Of a DNA stretch of 64,000 nucleotides, positions 1 to 10,232 are shown piece after piece. Below the pieces are notes generated by a model. It was not told the origin of the DNA and ran no database searches. It worked only from the letters and a program-made list of their open reading frames with translations. How positions within the stretch are numbered: the stretch's first letter is position 1; every line of letters begins with the position of its first letter. The stretch is from an uncultured delta proteobacterium. GTDB taxonomy: Bacteria > Myxococcota_A > Polyangia > Polyangiales > Houyiibacteriaceae. A program made the position numbers and the translations under genes. The stretch is from the NCBI GenBank assembly GCA_963845195.1, contig CAWJRH010000001.1, positions 1,202,212 to 1,266,211 on the forward strand, written 5' to 3'.

Positions 1-125
1 CCGCGAGGCCCAGCAGCAGAAGCGACCACGATTCGCGGTCTCGCCGGCTCTCAGGGCCGAGAGTGGGTAGCCTCGTGGGATTGACCTCGTCCGGCGAGGA
101 AGCTCCCAGCGTGGGGGCCTGAGCT

Positions 126-917
126 ATGTGCACGATCATCGTGCGGCACGGGCTAGACGCCCCTCATTCGACGGTCGTCGCGTCAAACCGCGACGAGTTC
201 TTCAGCCGAAGCGCTTCGCCTCCACTTCTGCTCGACGCCGATCCGCGTATCGTCGGAGGGCGCGACGACGACAAAGGCGGGACCTGGTTTGGGCTAACCC
301 CCTCGGGGCTATTCGTGGGGCTGACGAACCAGCGCAACTACGCTGGCCCCGACGACTCCCTCCGCTCCCGTGGCGAGCTCGTCCTCGAAGCGCTTCGCGC
401 GGGCTCTCACGAGGGCGTCGCCGCATTTCTCCAACGCACGGACGCTCGACTCTACAACGAGTTCAACGTGATCTTCGGCGACGGGACAAACCTTGCGGCA
501 GGGTACGGTCGCCGGTCGCGTAGTGCGATCGAGCTCGAATTCCTTTCGGCAGGGGTCCACGTGCTCTGCAACGACAGGCTCGGTTCGCCCGAGTTTCCGA
601 AAGCCGAGGGCGCCCGCACCCGCGTGCTGTCGATTTCGTCGCGTCCGTGGCCCGAGCTTCAGTCAGAGCTCGCACAGGTCCTTGCCGACACGTCGCTCCC
701 CGACCCGGCCGAGGTTCCCCAGATTCCACAGAACCCGCTCTTCGACCAGGAGCTCGCGCGCAGGCTGCAGGCGATCTGCGTACAAACGCCCGTCTATGGA
801 ACCGTCTCGTCCACGATCGTCGCGGTGCGACCGGGCGCTGCGCTCGAATATCACCATGCTTCGGGGCCGCCGTCCGACGTTCCCTATCGCGATTTCACCC
901 ACCTGATTCGCCCCTAG
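126..917 (+). CDS. NRDE/TANGO2 family protein
   Basis: N-terminal MC, ASNRDEF, GGTW and SRGEL motifs, C-terminal YGTVSST. Confidence 0.9.
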   Translation: MCTIIVRHGLDAPHSTVVASNRDEFFSRSASPPLLLDADPRIVGGRDDDKGGTWFGLTPSGLFVGLTNQRNYAGPDDSLRSRGELVLEALRAGSHEGVAAFLQRTDARLYNEFNVIFGDGTNLAAGYGRRSRSAIELEFLSAGVHVLCNDRLGSPEFPKAEGARTRVLSISSRPWPELQSELAQVLADTSLPDPAEVPQIPQNPLFDQELARRLQAICVQTPVYGTVSSTIVAVRPGAALEYHHASGPPSDVPYRDFTHLIRP

Positions 918-1537
918 ACCGAGTTCACCCTGATGAACGCGGCGATTGCCTCGGCGCCGGTTTCGAGGTTTTGCGCTTCGGTGCGGCCGCTCTTTCTTCT
1001 CGGCTTCCAGGAGTGCTCGCCATCCTCGATCCATGCAAACTCGATCGCGGACGACAGCGCGTACTGCGTCACCTCCTCCCGCGCGCCGAAGGGATCTCTC
1101 GTTCCCTGGCAGAAAAGCGCCGGCGTTCGCAGCGCTTCTAGATGAGACGTGCGCAGACTGTCGGGCTTCCCGGGCGGGTGAAACGGGTATCCTAGGCACA
1201 CAAGTCCTCGCACCTTGGCCTCGTCTGCGATCATCGATGCGATCCTCCCGCCCATCGATTTGCCTCCGATCACCCAGTGGCCCGCGGTGCCGAGCTCGGC
1301 GAGCACAGCACGGTACTCCTCGATGAGCTTCGGTGCGCGCGGGGGCGGGCGCTTCGTGCCGTCGGTGCGACGCTTGGCCATGTAGTCAAACTCGAAGCGG
1401 ACCACGCTGACGCCCGCCGTCGCGACGAGTTCCGCCACGGTATTCATGAAGGGACTGTCCATGGGTGCCCCAGCCCCATGCGCCAGCAGCAGTCGCGGGG
1501 CTGCGGTTTCGGGCCCGTCTCGGAGGAACTCAGTCAC
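914..1537 (-). CDS. Alpha/beta hydrolase (KANL3/Tex30-like)
   Basis: LLAHGAGAPMDS, GGKSMGGR nucleophile elbow, CLGYPFHP, QGTRDPFG; GTG at 1537 overlaps the end of metX (stop at 1530-1532). Confidence 0.85.
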   Translation of the reverse strand: MTEFLRDGPETAAPRLLLAHGAGAPMDSPFMNTVAELVATAGVSVVRFEFDYMAKRRTDGTKRPPPRAPKLIEEYRAVLAELGTAGHWVIGGKSMGGRIASMIADEAKVRGLVCLGYPFHPPGKPDSLRTSHLEALRTPALFCQGTRDPFGAREEVTQYALSSAIEFAWIEDGEHSWKPRRKSGRTEAQNLETGAEAIAAFIRVNSV

Positions 1538-3299
1538 GCGGCGAATGCTGGCTGAGGACCAGTATGGCGGTGTCCGCGTTGAGGTTGGGGTCGTCCGTTG
1601 CTGCGATTTCGAGGCCCTGGTTGTCGTCGTAGAAGCGGGCATCTTCGACCCTGACGCCCATCTTCTCGCAAAGGTCGAGCATGTCTTGGATCGAAGGGAA
1701 CCGACGGTTCGGCGTGTCGTACCACTCGAATGCGAACGGGCCCGGGGCCTTGGGGACACGACCCTCGTTGGCGAACATGCTGCGCAGTGCCGCGTACCCG
1801 AAGTTCGGGAAGCTCACGACCGCCCGTTTGCCGACCCGGAGCGCATCGACGAGTAGCTGCTCTACGTTGGGCACGACTTGCAACGTCGAGGAGAGCACCA
1901 CGTAGTCGAATGTTGCATCGTGGAACTCGGGAAGTCCGACGTTCAGGTCACAGTCGATCGCGTCGACGCCGTGCTGCATCGTCGCGGCGATCAAGGCGGT
2001 GCTGACCTCGATGCCGACGAGGAGCGCCTCGCCACGAACACGGAGGCGGGCCAGGAGGTCGCCTTCCCCACACCCAAGATCGAGCACTGAGCTTCCAGGG
2101 GGAATCAGTTCGAGGATTCGGTCATCCTCGACGCGAGCTCGTGGCGGGCTCGGCGTACGGTGTCCGAGCTTGGCACGAAGAAGGGGGCCGTACTGCACGA
2201 TGTCGTTGGGAAGCAGGAAGCCGTCGTGACCGCCGTCGGTCTCGATTTCACAGTACGACACCGGCTGATTCAGCGAGCTCATCGCATCCACGAGGTCGCG
2301 AGACTGAAACGGTGGGAACAGCCAGTCGCTCGAGAACGAGATGACCAGCCAATCGCAGGTCGCCGCCTCCAGAGCCTCGAGCCGTTCTTCGTGGTTTGCG
2401 CCCATGTCGAAGTGGTCCATCGCCAGGCTTATCGCAACGTACGAGTTGGCGTCGAAGCGTCCTACGAATCGGTCTCCTTGGTACGCAAGATAGGACCCCA
2501 CCGAGAAGCGTTTCTCGAACTCCGTCGCGATGTCGCGCGGCTCGTGGCGGTTGACGTCGAACCTCTTGGTCATCGACTCGGAGGACAAATAGGTGATGTG
2601 ACCGAGCATCCGCGCAATCGCGAGGCCCATGTGGGGGAAGTCGCCGGTCCCGTAGTACTGTCCGTCGTGAAACTTGGGGTCGGTTTGGATCGCGTTGCGT
2701 CCGACCACGTCGAATGCGAGTGCCTGCGCCGTGAGTCGCGACGACGAGGCGATCACGGCACCGGTTGCGACCTGGTCCGGGTAGCGCGTCGCCCAGCATA
2801 GGGTCTGATGACCCCCGAGGGAGCCTCCCACGACTGCGCGCAGTTTCGTGATCCCAAGTAGGTCGATCAAACGCTTCTGCACGTCGACCATGTCTTCGAC
2901 CGTGACCAGCGGAAAATCGTTCCCATAGGGCTCGTTCGTCAGCGGGTCTATGGTGCTCGGGCCGGTCGTACCACGGCAGCCTCCAAGCACGTTCGAGCAG
3001 ATCACGAATAAGCGGTCGGTATCGAGCGGCCGTCCCGGACCGACGAGCGTTTCCCACCAACCAGGTTCGTCGTCCTCGTTGTGGGAGGCTACGTGGGAAT
3101 CTCCCGAGATCGCGTGGCAGACCAGCACGGCGTTGCTGCGTTCCGCATCGAGAGACCCGTACGTTTCGTAAGCGACTTCGACGCTCGGGAGCATGCCGCC
3201 CAGACGCAGCCGGAGCGGCGTTGGGAAGACTGCCGACTTCGCGTGCCGCAGCGGCTGGGCGCTACGGGAAGAATCTGTGCTTTCGAAGTCTGTGCTCAT
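1530..3299 (-). CDS. metX: Homoserine O-acyltransferase MetX fused to a C-terminal MetW-type methyltransferase domain
   Basis: VCHAISGDSH, GGSLGG, RFDANSY and GHDGFL motifs, then in frame VLDLGCGEG...FPNFG...WYDTPN (MetW); ATG at 3299. Confidence 0.92.
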   Translation of the reverse strand: MSTDFESTDSSRSAQPLRHAKSAVFPTPLRLRLGGMLPSVEVAYETYGSLDAERSNAVLVCHAISGDSHVASHNEDDEPGWWETLVGPGRPLDTDRLFVICSNVLGGCRGTTGPSTIDPLTNEPYGNDFPLVTVEDMVDVQKRLIDLLGITKLRAVVGGSLGGHQTLCWATRYPDQVATGAVIASSSRLTAQALAFDVVGRNAIQTDPKFHDGQYYGTGDFPHMGLAIARMLGHITYLSSESMTKRFDVNRHEPRDIATEFEKRFSVGSYLAYQGDRFVGRFDANSYVAISLAMDHFDMGANHEERLEALEAATCDWLVISFSSDWLFPPFQSRDLVDAMSSLNQPVSYCEIETDGGHDGFLLPNDIVQYGPLLRAKLGHRTPSPPRARVEDDRILELIPPGSSVLDLGCGEGDLLARLRVRGEALLVGIEVSTALIAATMQHGVDAIDCDLNVGLPEFHDATFDYVVLSSTLQVVPNVEQLLVDALRVGKRAVVSFPNFGYAALRSMFANEGRVPKAPGPFAFEWYDTPNRRFPSIQDMLDLCEKMGVRVEDARFYDDNQGLEIAATDDPNLNADTAILVLSQHSPRD

Positions 3300-3324
3300 G
3301 CGCCAAAGGGTGCGCAGCGCGTGG

Positions 3325-4638
3325 TCACGTCTGCGCAGCCGCGAGCGCCTGACTGATGTCCGCGATGATGTCGGCGATGTCTTCGATGCCGACCGATACG
3401 CGAACGTATTCCGGGACGACGCCCGCCGCAGCCTGGTCTTCGGGGGTGAGCTGCTGATGCGTTGTCGACGCCGGGTGGATGACGAGCGTTTTCGCATCGC
3501 CGATGTTCGCCAGGTGCGAACAGAGCTTGCAGGCGTTGATGAACTTCTTACCCGCTTCCATGCCGCCCTTGATTCCGAAGCCGAGAATCGCACCCTTTCC
3601 ATTTGGCAGGTAGTGATTCGCCGCTTCATGGTCGGGATGAGAAGCTAGCCCTGGGTAGTTGACCCACTCCACGCCTTCGTGGCCTTCGAGAAATCGGGCG
3701 ACCGCCAACGCGTTCTCGCAGTGCCGCGGCATGCGCAGGTGAAGGGTCTCGATCCCTTGCAGAAACAAGAACGCGGCGAACGGACTCATCGCAGCACCGG
3801 TGTCGCGAAGCCAGTGTGTTCGGACGTGGAGCAGATAGGAAATGTTGCCCATCGGTTCGAGTGCATCGGCGAACACCATGCCGTGGTAGCTAGGCGATGG
3901 GCTGCAGAGCTCTGGCCACTTGTCGCGCTGGTCGGTCCACTTGAAGTTGCCCGAGTCGACGATGGCACCGCCGATGTGCGCGCCGTGGCCGCCGATGAAC
4001 TTGGTGGTCGAGTAGACGGTGACGTCGATCCCGTGCTCGAACGGTCGCATCAGGCACGGGGTGGTGACGGTGTTGTCGCAGAACACCGGAAGTGCTCCAT
4101 GCGGCGCGCTGTGCGCGGCGTCGGCGATGGCTCGAAAATCGGGGACGTCGTTCTTCGGGTTTCCGATCGACTCCATGTAGACGAGACGCGTGTTCTCGTC
4201 CGCGAGCTCATGAATCTGCTCGGGGTGCTTCGGGTCGAAAAAGCGAACCTCGATACCGAGGTTCTTGAACGTCTGCGTGAAGAGGGTCCAAGTGCCGCCG
4301 TAGAGACTGGTGGCGGAGATGAGGTTCTGACCCGAATGGCAGATGCTCAGAATCGCTGCGTTGATCGCCGACTGCCCGGACGCGAAACAAAGGCCCATGA
4401 CGCCGCCATCGAGGGCCGCCAGGCGCTTCTCGAGTACGTCGACGGTCGGGTTCATGATTCGGGAGTAGATGTTCCCGAACTCGGTCAGTCCGAACAGCGC
4501 CGCTGCGTGATCCGTGTCGTTGAACACGTAGGACGTAGTCGCGTAAATCGGAACCGTTCGTGCGCCCGTCGTTGGGTCGGGTTCCTGGCCGGCATGCAGT
4601 GCCAGCGTGCCAAGCCCTTGTTCTTCTGAAGTCGTCAT
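3325..4638 (-). CDS. metY: O-acetylhomoserine sulfhydrylase
   Basis: YSRIMNPT, STTKFIGGHG PLP lysine, ANIGDAKTLVIHPASTTH; directly upstream of metX. Confidence 0.95.
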   Translation of the reverse strand: MTTSEEQGLGTLALHAGQEPDPTTGARTVPIYATTSYVFNDTDHAAALFGLTEFGNIYSRIMNPTVDVLEKRLAALDGGVMGLCFASGQSAINAAILSICHSGQNLISATSLYGGTWTLFTQTFKNLGIEVRFFDPKHPEQIHELADENTRLVYMESIGNPKNDVPDFRAIADAAHSAPHGALPVFCDNTVTTPCLMRPFEHGIDVTVYSTTKFIGGHGAHIGGAIVDSGNFKWTDQRDKWPELCSPSPSYHGMVFADALEPMGNISYLLHVRTHWLRDTGAAMSPFAAFLFLQGIETLHLRMPRHCENALAVARFLEGHEGVEWVNYPGLASHPDHEAANHYLPNGKGAILGFGIKGGMEAGKKFINACKLCSHLANIGDAKTLVIHPASTTHQQLTPEDQAAAGVVPEYVRVSVGIEDIADIIADISQALAAAQT

Positions 4639-4752
4639 CGTTGCCTCGTTCCGGTGCTCTGGGACCCAGCCCTCTTGTTGAGGCGCAGGAGGATAACGTA
4701 CCCGACGTCCTCTGACTATCCCTGCATTTCGTGGTGGCCCTGCAGACCGTGA

Positions 4753-6333
4753 CTAGGAGCTACACGATAGCGCCGAGCATCCTACACGGGTGCGCGCCCA
4801 ATCGGGCCGTTTGACCGCGTAGGACTCGCGCTCTGGCTGCTCCTCATAGGGGTGTCGCATGACGTCGAGCAATCGATCGATCTCGGCTGGCTCGCCTGCC
4901 TCGGCGGCGTCGATGGCGACCTGGGCCAGGTAGTTTCGGAGTACATACTTCGGGTTGGCCGCGTTCATCCGCGATCGGCGAGCGTCTGCAGGCAATGGGT
5001 CGCCCTCGAGCCGCTGCGCGTATGCTGAGAGCCAGTCCCCGATTCGCTTCGTCGCCTCGACGCCGAGCTGCTCAGGGTCGTAGTAGGCGTCGAGCAGTGG
5101 TTCGAGACGCTCACGATGGGACTGCTTCCCGACGCTCGACGGATCGAGGTTGGCAAGGCGTCGGTAAAAGATCGTCATGTCGGTTTCGGCCGATTGGAGC
5201 ACGCCGAAGAGCTCACCAACGAGCGTGTCGTCTTCGTCGTCGCGGAATTCGCTGAGTCCGAGCTTGGCAGCCATCGTCTCACGATAGACTCGCTCGAACG
5301 TGTTGGGAAACGACTTCAGAGCCTGTTCGATCGGCTCGGCCGACCCGATCAAAGGGAAGAGTGCGTTTGCCAAGCGGACGAGATTCCACATCGCAATGTT
5401 GGGCTGATGCCCAAAGCGATACCGCCGGCCACCTGCGTCGGTGGTGTTAGGGGTCCACCCGGGGTTGAAATCATCGAGCCAACCATACGGACCGTAGTCG
5501 ATCGTCAGTCCGAGAATGGACATGTTGTCGGTGTTCATCACCCCGTGCACGAAGCCGACCCTCATCCAGTGTGCAACCATGATCGCAGTTCGCCGCGAGA
5601 CCTCGGCGAGCCACGCCAGGTACACGTCTTTCGACGGTGTGCCGAGCTCCGGGAAGTGCTGCGCGATGGTGTAGTCTGCGAGGGTTTTCAGGGTGTCGGT
5701 TTCGTCTCGCGCGGCGAAGATCTCGAAGTTGCCGAAGCGAATGAACGAAGGTGCTACCCGACAGACGATGGCTCCTGGTTCGGGTCGTGGATTGCCGTCG
5801 TAGAGCATGTCGCGGACGACCTGATCCCCGGTTGAGACGAGGCTCAAAGCGCGCGTCGTCGGCACGCCCAAGTGGTGCATTGCTTCGCTGCACAGAAACT
5901 CGCGGATCGACGAACGCAAGACAGCCCGCCCGTCGGCGGTGCGCGAATAGGGCGTCGGTCCTGCTCCCTTGAGCTGAAGCTCCCAGCGCTGGCCCTGGGC
6001 GTTGACTACTTCGCCGAGGCTGATCGCTCGGCCGTCCCCGAGCTGCCCGGCCCAGTTTCCGAACTGGTGGCCGCCGTAGCAAGCAGCATAGGTCTGCATT
6101 CCTGGCCACTCTTGATTGCCCGACAGCACTTGCGCCATCTCGTCCGCGCCCGTTTCATCTACGACGAGGCCAAGGAGCTCGGCCATCTCGGGAGAATGCG
6201 ACAGAAGGCGAGGGCCGCCTACGGGAGTCGGTGCGACCCAGGAGAAGCAGGCATTGTGCACCTGGCGGCGAAAGTTTCGCGGTTCCGGGTCGGCTGGAAG
6301 CTGTTGGACGAACGTATTGTCAAAGCTAAGCAT
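4753..6333 (-). CDS. selO: Protein adenylyltransferase SelO (YdiU family)
   Basis: GHQFG...QLGDGRA, LKGAGPTPYSR, HGVMNTDN, IDYGP, C-terminal LSCSS; start at 6333 inferred. Confidence 0.93.
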   Translation of the reverse strand: MLSFDNTFVQQLPADPEPRNFRRQVHNACFSWVAPTPVGGPRLLSHSPEMAELLGLVVDETGADEMAQVLSGNQEWPGMQTYAACYGGHQFGNWAGQLGDGRAISLGEVVNAQGQRWELQLKGAGPTPYSRTADGRAVLRSSIREFLCSEAMHHLGVPTTRALSLVSTGDQVVRDMLYDGNPRPEPGAIVCRVAPSFIRFGNFEIFAARDETDTLKTLADYTIAQHFPELGTPSKDVYLAWLAEVSRRTAIMVAHWMRVGFVHGVMNTDNMSILGLTIDYGPYGWLDDFNPGWTPNTTDAGGRRYRFGHQPNIAMWNLVRLANALFPLIGSAEPIEQALKSFPNTFERVYRETMAAKLGLSEFRDDEDDTLVGELFGVLQSAETDMTIFYRRLANLDPSSVGKQSHRERLEPLLDAYYDPEQLGVEATKRIGDWLSAYAQRLEGDPLPADARRSRMNAANPKYVLRNYLAQVAIDAAEAGEPAEIDRLLDVMRHPYEEQPERESYAVKRPDWARTRVGCSALSCSS

Positions 6334-6395
6334 GCCGTATGGGGCGTCTCTAGAGCGGATCCGACGCACGTCAAAACCTTGGGCGACGGGCCGCG

Positions 6396-7022
6396 TCAAC
6401 TCCACGCGAACACAGGTTGGTCGTATTGCGCCACCCGCGTCTCACGTCCGTGGATCGCCACCTCGCGGAGCTGAAAGAGCACGGCGGCAGTCGGTGCGAA
6501 GATGAAATCGCCCAGCAGCGGCACCGAGAGCACCGGCCGATCGCTTTCCGGAATGTTGAACAGTCGTGGAACGCCTTCGGCTTCGAGGTCGAGTAGCGGC
6601 ACTCGGTGCAGCTCCGCCACTTCGGCGGGGTTCGGAACGAGTGTCGGCGTTGGGTCCGCCCAGATGACCACCGGTGTTATCACGTAGCCTGAGCGGGTCG
6701 GATAGTCGTCGAGCAGTCCAAGGACTTGGTCCGCCCTGCAGCAAAGTCCCACCTCTTCTTGTAGTTCCCGGAGCGCCGCCCCAGTGATCGACTCGGCTTC
6801 GTCGATTCGCCCGCCGGGGAGCGCCCACTGTCCCCCATGGCTTCGCAGTGTTTCTGCGCGCCGCGTGATGAGAAATGCGGGTTCGTCGTCGTCGTTCGCA
6901 ACCAGGGCGACGCTCACCGCGGCGCGTATCAGCGACGGATCTCGATGTACGAGCCGATCGTGGGAAGATAAATTTCGCGCGATGGACTCGCGCAAGCCTA
7001 GGTCGAGGGGCCGGCGAGGCAC
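6396..7022 (-). CDS. NUDIX hydrolase, CoA pyrophosphatase type
   Basis: LITRRAETLRSHGGQWALPGG followed by Nudix box ALRELQEEVG; NPAEV motif; GTG start inferred. Confidence 0.85.
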   Translation of the reverse strand: MPRRPLDLGLRESIARNLSSHDRLVHRDPSLIRAAVSVALVANDDDEPAFLITRRAETLRSHGGQWALPGGRIDEAESITGAALRELQEEVGLCCRADQVLGLLDDYPTRSGYVITPVVIWADPTPTLVPNPAEVAELHRVPLLDLEAEGVPRLFNIPESDRPVLSVPLLGDFIFAPTAAVLFQLREVAIHGRETRVAQYDQPVFAWS

Positions 7023-7026
7023 TCGC

Positions 7027-7701
7027 TCAGGGTGAGGCGAACATGCCGTCAGCGCCACCCAGGCCCGCCCCGAGAATCAACGTCGCCCGGTCCTGGCGTA
7101 CGCGCCCAGCCGGGATCGTCGAATCGCCGCCGCGCAGTCGCCTGGTCATTTCGGCCTTGTCCGAGCCGCCCACGATCCAGACGATCTGCCGTGCTTCGTT
7201 CAATGCGGGAAGGGTGAGGGTCATGCGGCGATGGCCTCGGTACGGTTCCGTCAGGGCGACGGTTCGGCTCATTACATCGAGTGCGGGGTCGCCTGGCACT
7301 AGAGATGCGGTGTGCCCGTCGTCGCCGAGCCCGAGGTGAACGAGGTCGAGCGTCGCCGGCAGCTCGTCGGCGTACCGCGCCGCGGCCGCGCCTAGATCCC
7401 CTGCCTCGACCGGCATGGGGATCAGCCGGCCCGCTGCCTCGGGCCCGAGGGCTGTCTGCAGGCCGACGAGGTTGCGGGCCGGGTCTCCCGCCGGGGCGAT
7501 CCGTTCGTCCACCTGGTAGATGTCGATGCGATTCCATGGAAGATTGGCAGCGGCCAATTGGGTCAGCGCGGGCCACGGGGTTCGTCCTCCCGAAAGCGCG
7601 ACTGAGACCCTCGAACCCTGGGTGAGGAGCTGCCGCAGCGCGCTGACCAAGACGTTGGCGGCGACTGTTGGCAACTCGTCCCCGGCCTCGATCACTCGCA
7701 T
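7027..7701 (-). CDS. pgl: 6-phosphogluconolactonase
   Basis: ALSGGRTP, VDER, LGLGDDGHTASL, RMTLT motifs; in gnd-zwf operon. Confidence 0.92.
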   Translation of the reverse strand: MRVIEAGDELPTVAANVLVSALRQLLTQGSRVSVALSGGRTPWPALTQLAAANLPWNRIDIYQVDERIAPAGDPARNLVGLQTALGPEAAGRLIPMPVEAGDLGAAAARYADELPATLDLVHLGLGDDGHTASLVPGDPALDVMSRTVALTEPYRGHRRMTLTLPALNEARQIVWIVGGSDKAEMTRRLRGGDSTIPAGRVRQDRATLILGAGLGGADGMFASP

Positions 7702-7778
7702 CAGAGCACCGGGTCGAGCGACTTCAGGTGACAGGCCTCATTCCCATGACGAACGAGCGCGATCGTGTCCTTGCTCAT
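7701..7778 (-). pseudogene. 25-aa remnant of a histidine phosphatase (internal deletion), overlapping zwf stop and pgl start
   Basis: [25 protein letters not shown]: N-terminal LVRHG motif joined to a C-terminal N-x3-HL-like motif; ATGA overlap with zwf, TGATG overlap with pgl. Confidence 0.65.
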
Positions 7779-9151
7779 CGGGTGATCCACTGCCAGTCCG
7801 GACCGAGGAGATCGTGCGCCTCCGCGGGGCCCCAGCCGCCCCGTACGTAGGGAATCACGGGACGCCGCTCGGTGAGCACGGGTTCGACGATACGCCAGGC
7901 CTCCATCACGCTGTCCTGCCGTGCGAAAAGGCCCGGGTCGCCGCGCAGCGCATCGCCGAGCAGACGGTCGTAGGCGTCGCGTCCTTCTTCGCGTCCGTGT
8001 TCGAGGTGTAGCTCGACCGCATGGCTCACGAGTGCGGGCCCGGGGCTCTTTGCCTGCATCGAAAAGAGAATCTCGTCGTCGGGTTTGGTTCGGAACGTCA
8101 GTCGATTGGGCAGCGGGCGACACTGGGCATCAGCGAACAGCGGGCGCGGTGGTCGGCTGAGCTCCACCACCGCTTCGGTCACAGTCGAGTCGAGACCCTT
8201 GCCCGCCCGAATGACCCACGGAACTCCCGCCCATCGCCAAGAGTCCAGCTCTAGCCGCACGGCGGCATAGGTCTCGGTATCGGAGTCCGCCTCGACGCCC
8301 GCCTCTTTGCGGTATCCCCGGTACTGGCCTCGCACGAGATCGGCATCGGTGAGCGTCCTGACCGCGCGCAGCGCCTTGACTCGTTCATCGCGAAGGGCAT
8401 CGGGGTGGTCGGACACCGGCGGTTCCATGGCCAGGAGGGCAACCATTTGTAGCAGGTGGTTCTGAACTACGTCGCGGAGGGTTCCGACCCGGTCATAGAA
8501 GTTGCCGCGCCCCTCGACGCCGAAGTCTTCGGCCATCGTAATCTGGACGCCACGGACGTAGTGCCGGTTCCACACCGGTTCCAGCAGCGTGTTGGCGAAT
8601 CGAAAGATCATTAAATTCTGAACCGCCTCCTTGCCGAGGAAGTGGTCGATTCGATAGACACGCTCTTCGGGGAAGCTGCGGTGGATGGTTTCGTTGAGCG
8701 CTTTGGCGGACTCGGTGTCACGACCGAAAGGCTTCTCGAGCACCACGCGGCCTCCCTCGTGCATCCCTGCGGAGGCCAGGCCTTCGACGACGTCGTCGAA
8801 GAGTTCGGGCGGAATCGCAAGATAGGAGACCGGGCACTTGGCCCCGTAGATCTTCGCGCGCACGTCTTTGTACGTGCTCGGCTTCCTGTAGTCGCCGGAC
8901 ACGTAGCAGAGGTTGTTGGCGAGCTTCGCGAACACCGCCTCGTCGATGGTCCGATCGTGCTGGGAGATTGCCTCACGCGCATGAGCTCGAAGGGTTTCGT
9001 CGTCCCATGCCCTCGAGGCCACACCGACGACGGGCATGTCGAGAGCTCCGGCCTCGGTGAGTTGGTAGAGCGCCGAAAACAGCTTCTTGCGCGCCAAATC
9101 TCCGGTGATGCCGAACAGGACCAACGCGTCCGCGTAATCCCTTTGGCTCAT
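7775..9151 (-). CDS. zwf: Glucose-6-phosphate 1-dehydrogenase
   Basis: [29 protein letters not shown] motifs. Confidence 0.96.
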   Translation of the reverse strand: MSQRDYADALVLFGITGDLARKKLFSALYQLTEAGALDMPVVGVASRAWDDETLRAHAREAISQHDRTIDEAVFAKLANNLCYVSGDYRKPSTYKDVRAKIYGAKCPVSYLAIPPELFDDVVEGLASAGMHEGGRVVLEKPFGRDTESAKALNETIHRSFPEERVYRIDHFLGKEAVQNLMIFRFANTLLEPVWNRHYVRGVQITMAEDFGVEGRGNFYDRVGTLRDVVQNHLLQMVALLAMEPPVSDHPDALRDERVKALRAVRTLTDADLVRGQYRGYRKEAGVEADSDTETYAAVRLELDSWRWAGVPWVIRAGKGLDSTVTEAVVELSRPPRPLFADAQCRPLPNRLTFRTKPDDEILFSMQAKSPGPALVSHAVELHLEHGREEGRDAYDRLLGDALRGDPGLFARQDSVMEAWRIVEPVLTERRPVIPYVRGGWGPAEAHDLLGPDWQWITR

Positions 9152-10167
9152 GGCGAACCCGGTTTCTCTTGATGTCCCCCGAACTGCTTGCGCATCGCGG
9201 ACAGGAGCTGGTGGGCAAACTGATCGCGACCGCGAGAGCTGAATCGACTGTAGAGCGCGGTCGAAAGCACGGGGGCAGGGACGCCTTCTTCGACCGCGGT
9301 GAGAACCGTCCAGCGGCCTTCACCAGAGTCGGATACGTTTCCGCTGAAGCCATCGAGAGTAGGGTTCTCGGCGAGCGCCTCCGCGGTGAGATCGATGAGC
9401 CAGGACGCCACGACGCTTCCCCGCCGCCAGACTTCGGTCACATCTCCGATGTCGAACTCGTATTGAAAGTGCTCCGGGTGTCGCAGAGGAGTCGTTTCGG
9501 CATCGTGCTCTTGATCTCCGCGGCCAACCCCAGCGTGCTTCAGGATGTTCAACCCTTCGGCGACCGCGGCCATCATGCCGTACTCGATTCCGTTGTGGAC
9601 CATTTTGACGAAGTGCCCGGCACCGCTGGGCCCGCAGTGGAGGTAGCCGTGCTCGGCAGGCGAGGGCTCTCCGGCGCGGGAAGGGGTCCGCGGTGCGGCG
9701 TCGACACCGGGCGCGAGCGATTGGAAGATCGGGTCGAGATGATGAACCGCATCCGTGTCGCCACCGATCATCAGCGAGAATCCACGTTCGAGACCAAAGA
9801 CTCCGCCACTGGTGCCTACGTCGACGAGACGGATGCCGCGCTCGGCGAGTGCCGCCGAGCGCTCGAGGTCGTCCTGGTAAAACGAGTTCCCTCCGTCGAT
9901 GACGATGTCGCCGGCCTCGAGATGGGCGGCCGCGTCGTCTACTACTCTGCCGGTGATGCCCGCCGGTACCATTACCCAAACGGCGCGGGGCGCGCTGAGC
10001 TTGTCGGCCATGTCCGACAAACTGTTTGCGCCCACGGCACCGTCCGCTTCGAGCGCGGCAACCGATGCGGGGTCGACGTCGTAGACGACCGCGCGATGGC
10101 CGTCGCGCATCAGCCGACGGACCAAGTTGGCCCCCATCCTACCGAGTCCGATCATTCCGAGGTCCAT
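9148..10167 (-). CDS. gnd: 6-phosphogluconate dehydrogenase, decarboxylating (short type)
   Basis: [37 protein letters not shown]. Confidence 0.95.
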   Translation of the reverse strand: MDLGMIGLGRMGANLVRRLMRDGHRAVVYDVDPASVAALEADGAVGANSLSDMADKLSAPRAVWVMVPAGITGRVVDDAAAHLEAGDIVIDGGNSFYQDDLERSAALAERGIRLVDVGTSGGVFGLERGFSLMIGGDTDAVHHLDPIFQSLAPGVDAAPRTPSRAGEPSPAEHGYLHCGPSGAGHFVKMVHNGIEYGMMAAVAEGLNILKHAGVGRGDQEHDAETTPLRHPEHFQYEFDIGDVTEVWRRGSVVASWLIDLTAEALAENPTLDGFSGNVSDSGEGRWTVLTAVEEGVPAPVLSTALYSRFSSRGRDQFAHQLLSAMRKQFGGHQEKPGSP

Positions 10168-10232
10168 GGGCTGTATCTCCTCAGCGCTGCGTCGCGCTCT
10201 TGCTCAAAATCGGCGATGGTCTGAGCGCCATC

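Noticed and set aside
1-100. Possible 5' end of a minus-strand membrane protein (…RESWSLLLLGLA) leaving the window
   Set aside because: Too short to support, with no clear start or motif.
4639-4752. SAM riboswitch upstream of metY
   Set aside because: I could not find SAM-I, SAM-II or SAM-IV core motifs by eye; an Infernal/Rfam scan would be needed.
4753-4790. Selenocysteine in the SelO C-terminus
   Set aside because: The tail is CSALSCSS with Cys codons and a TAG stop; no in-frame TGA.
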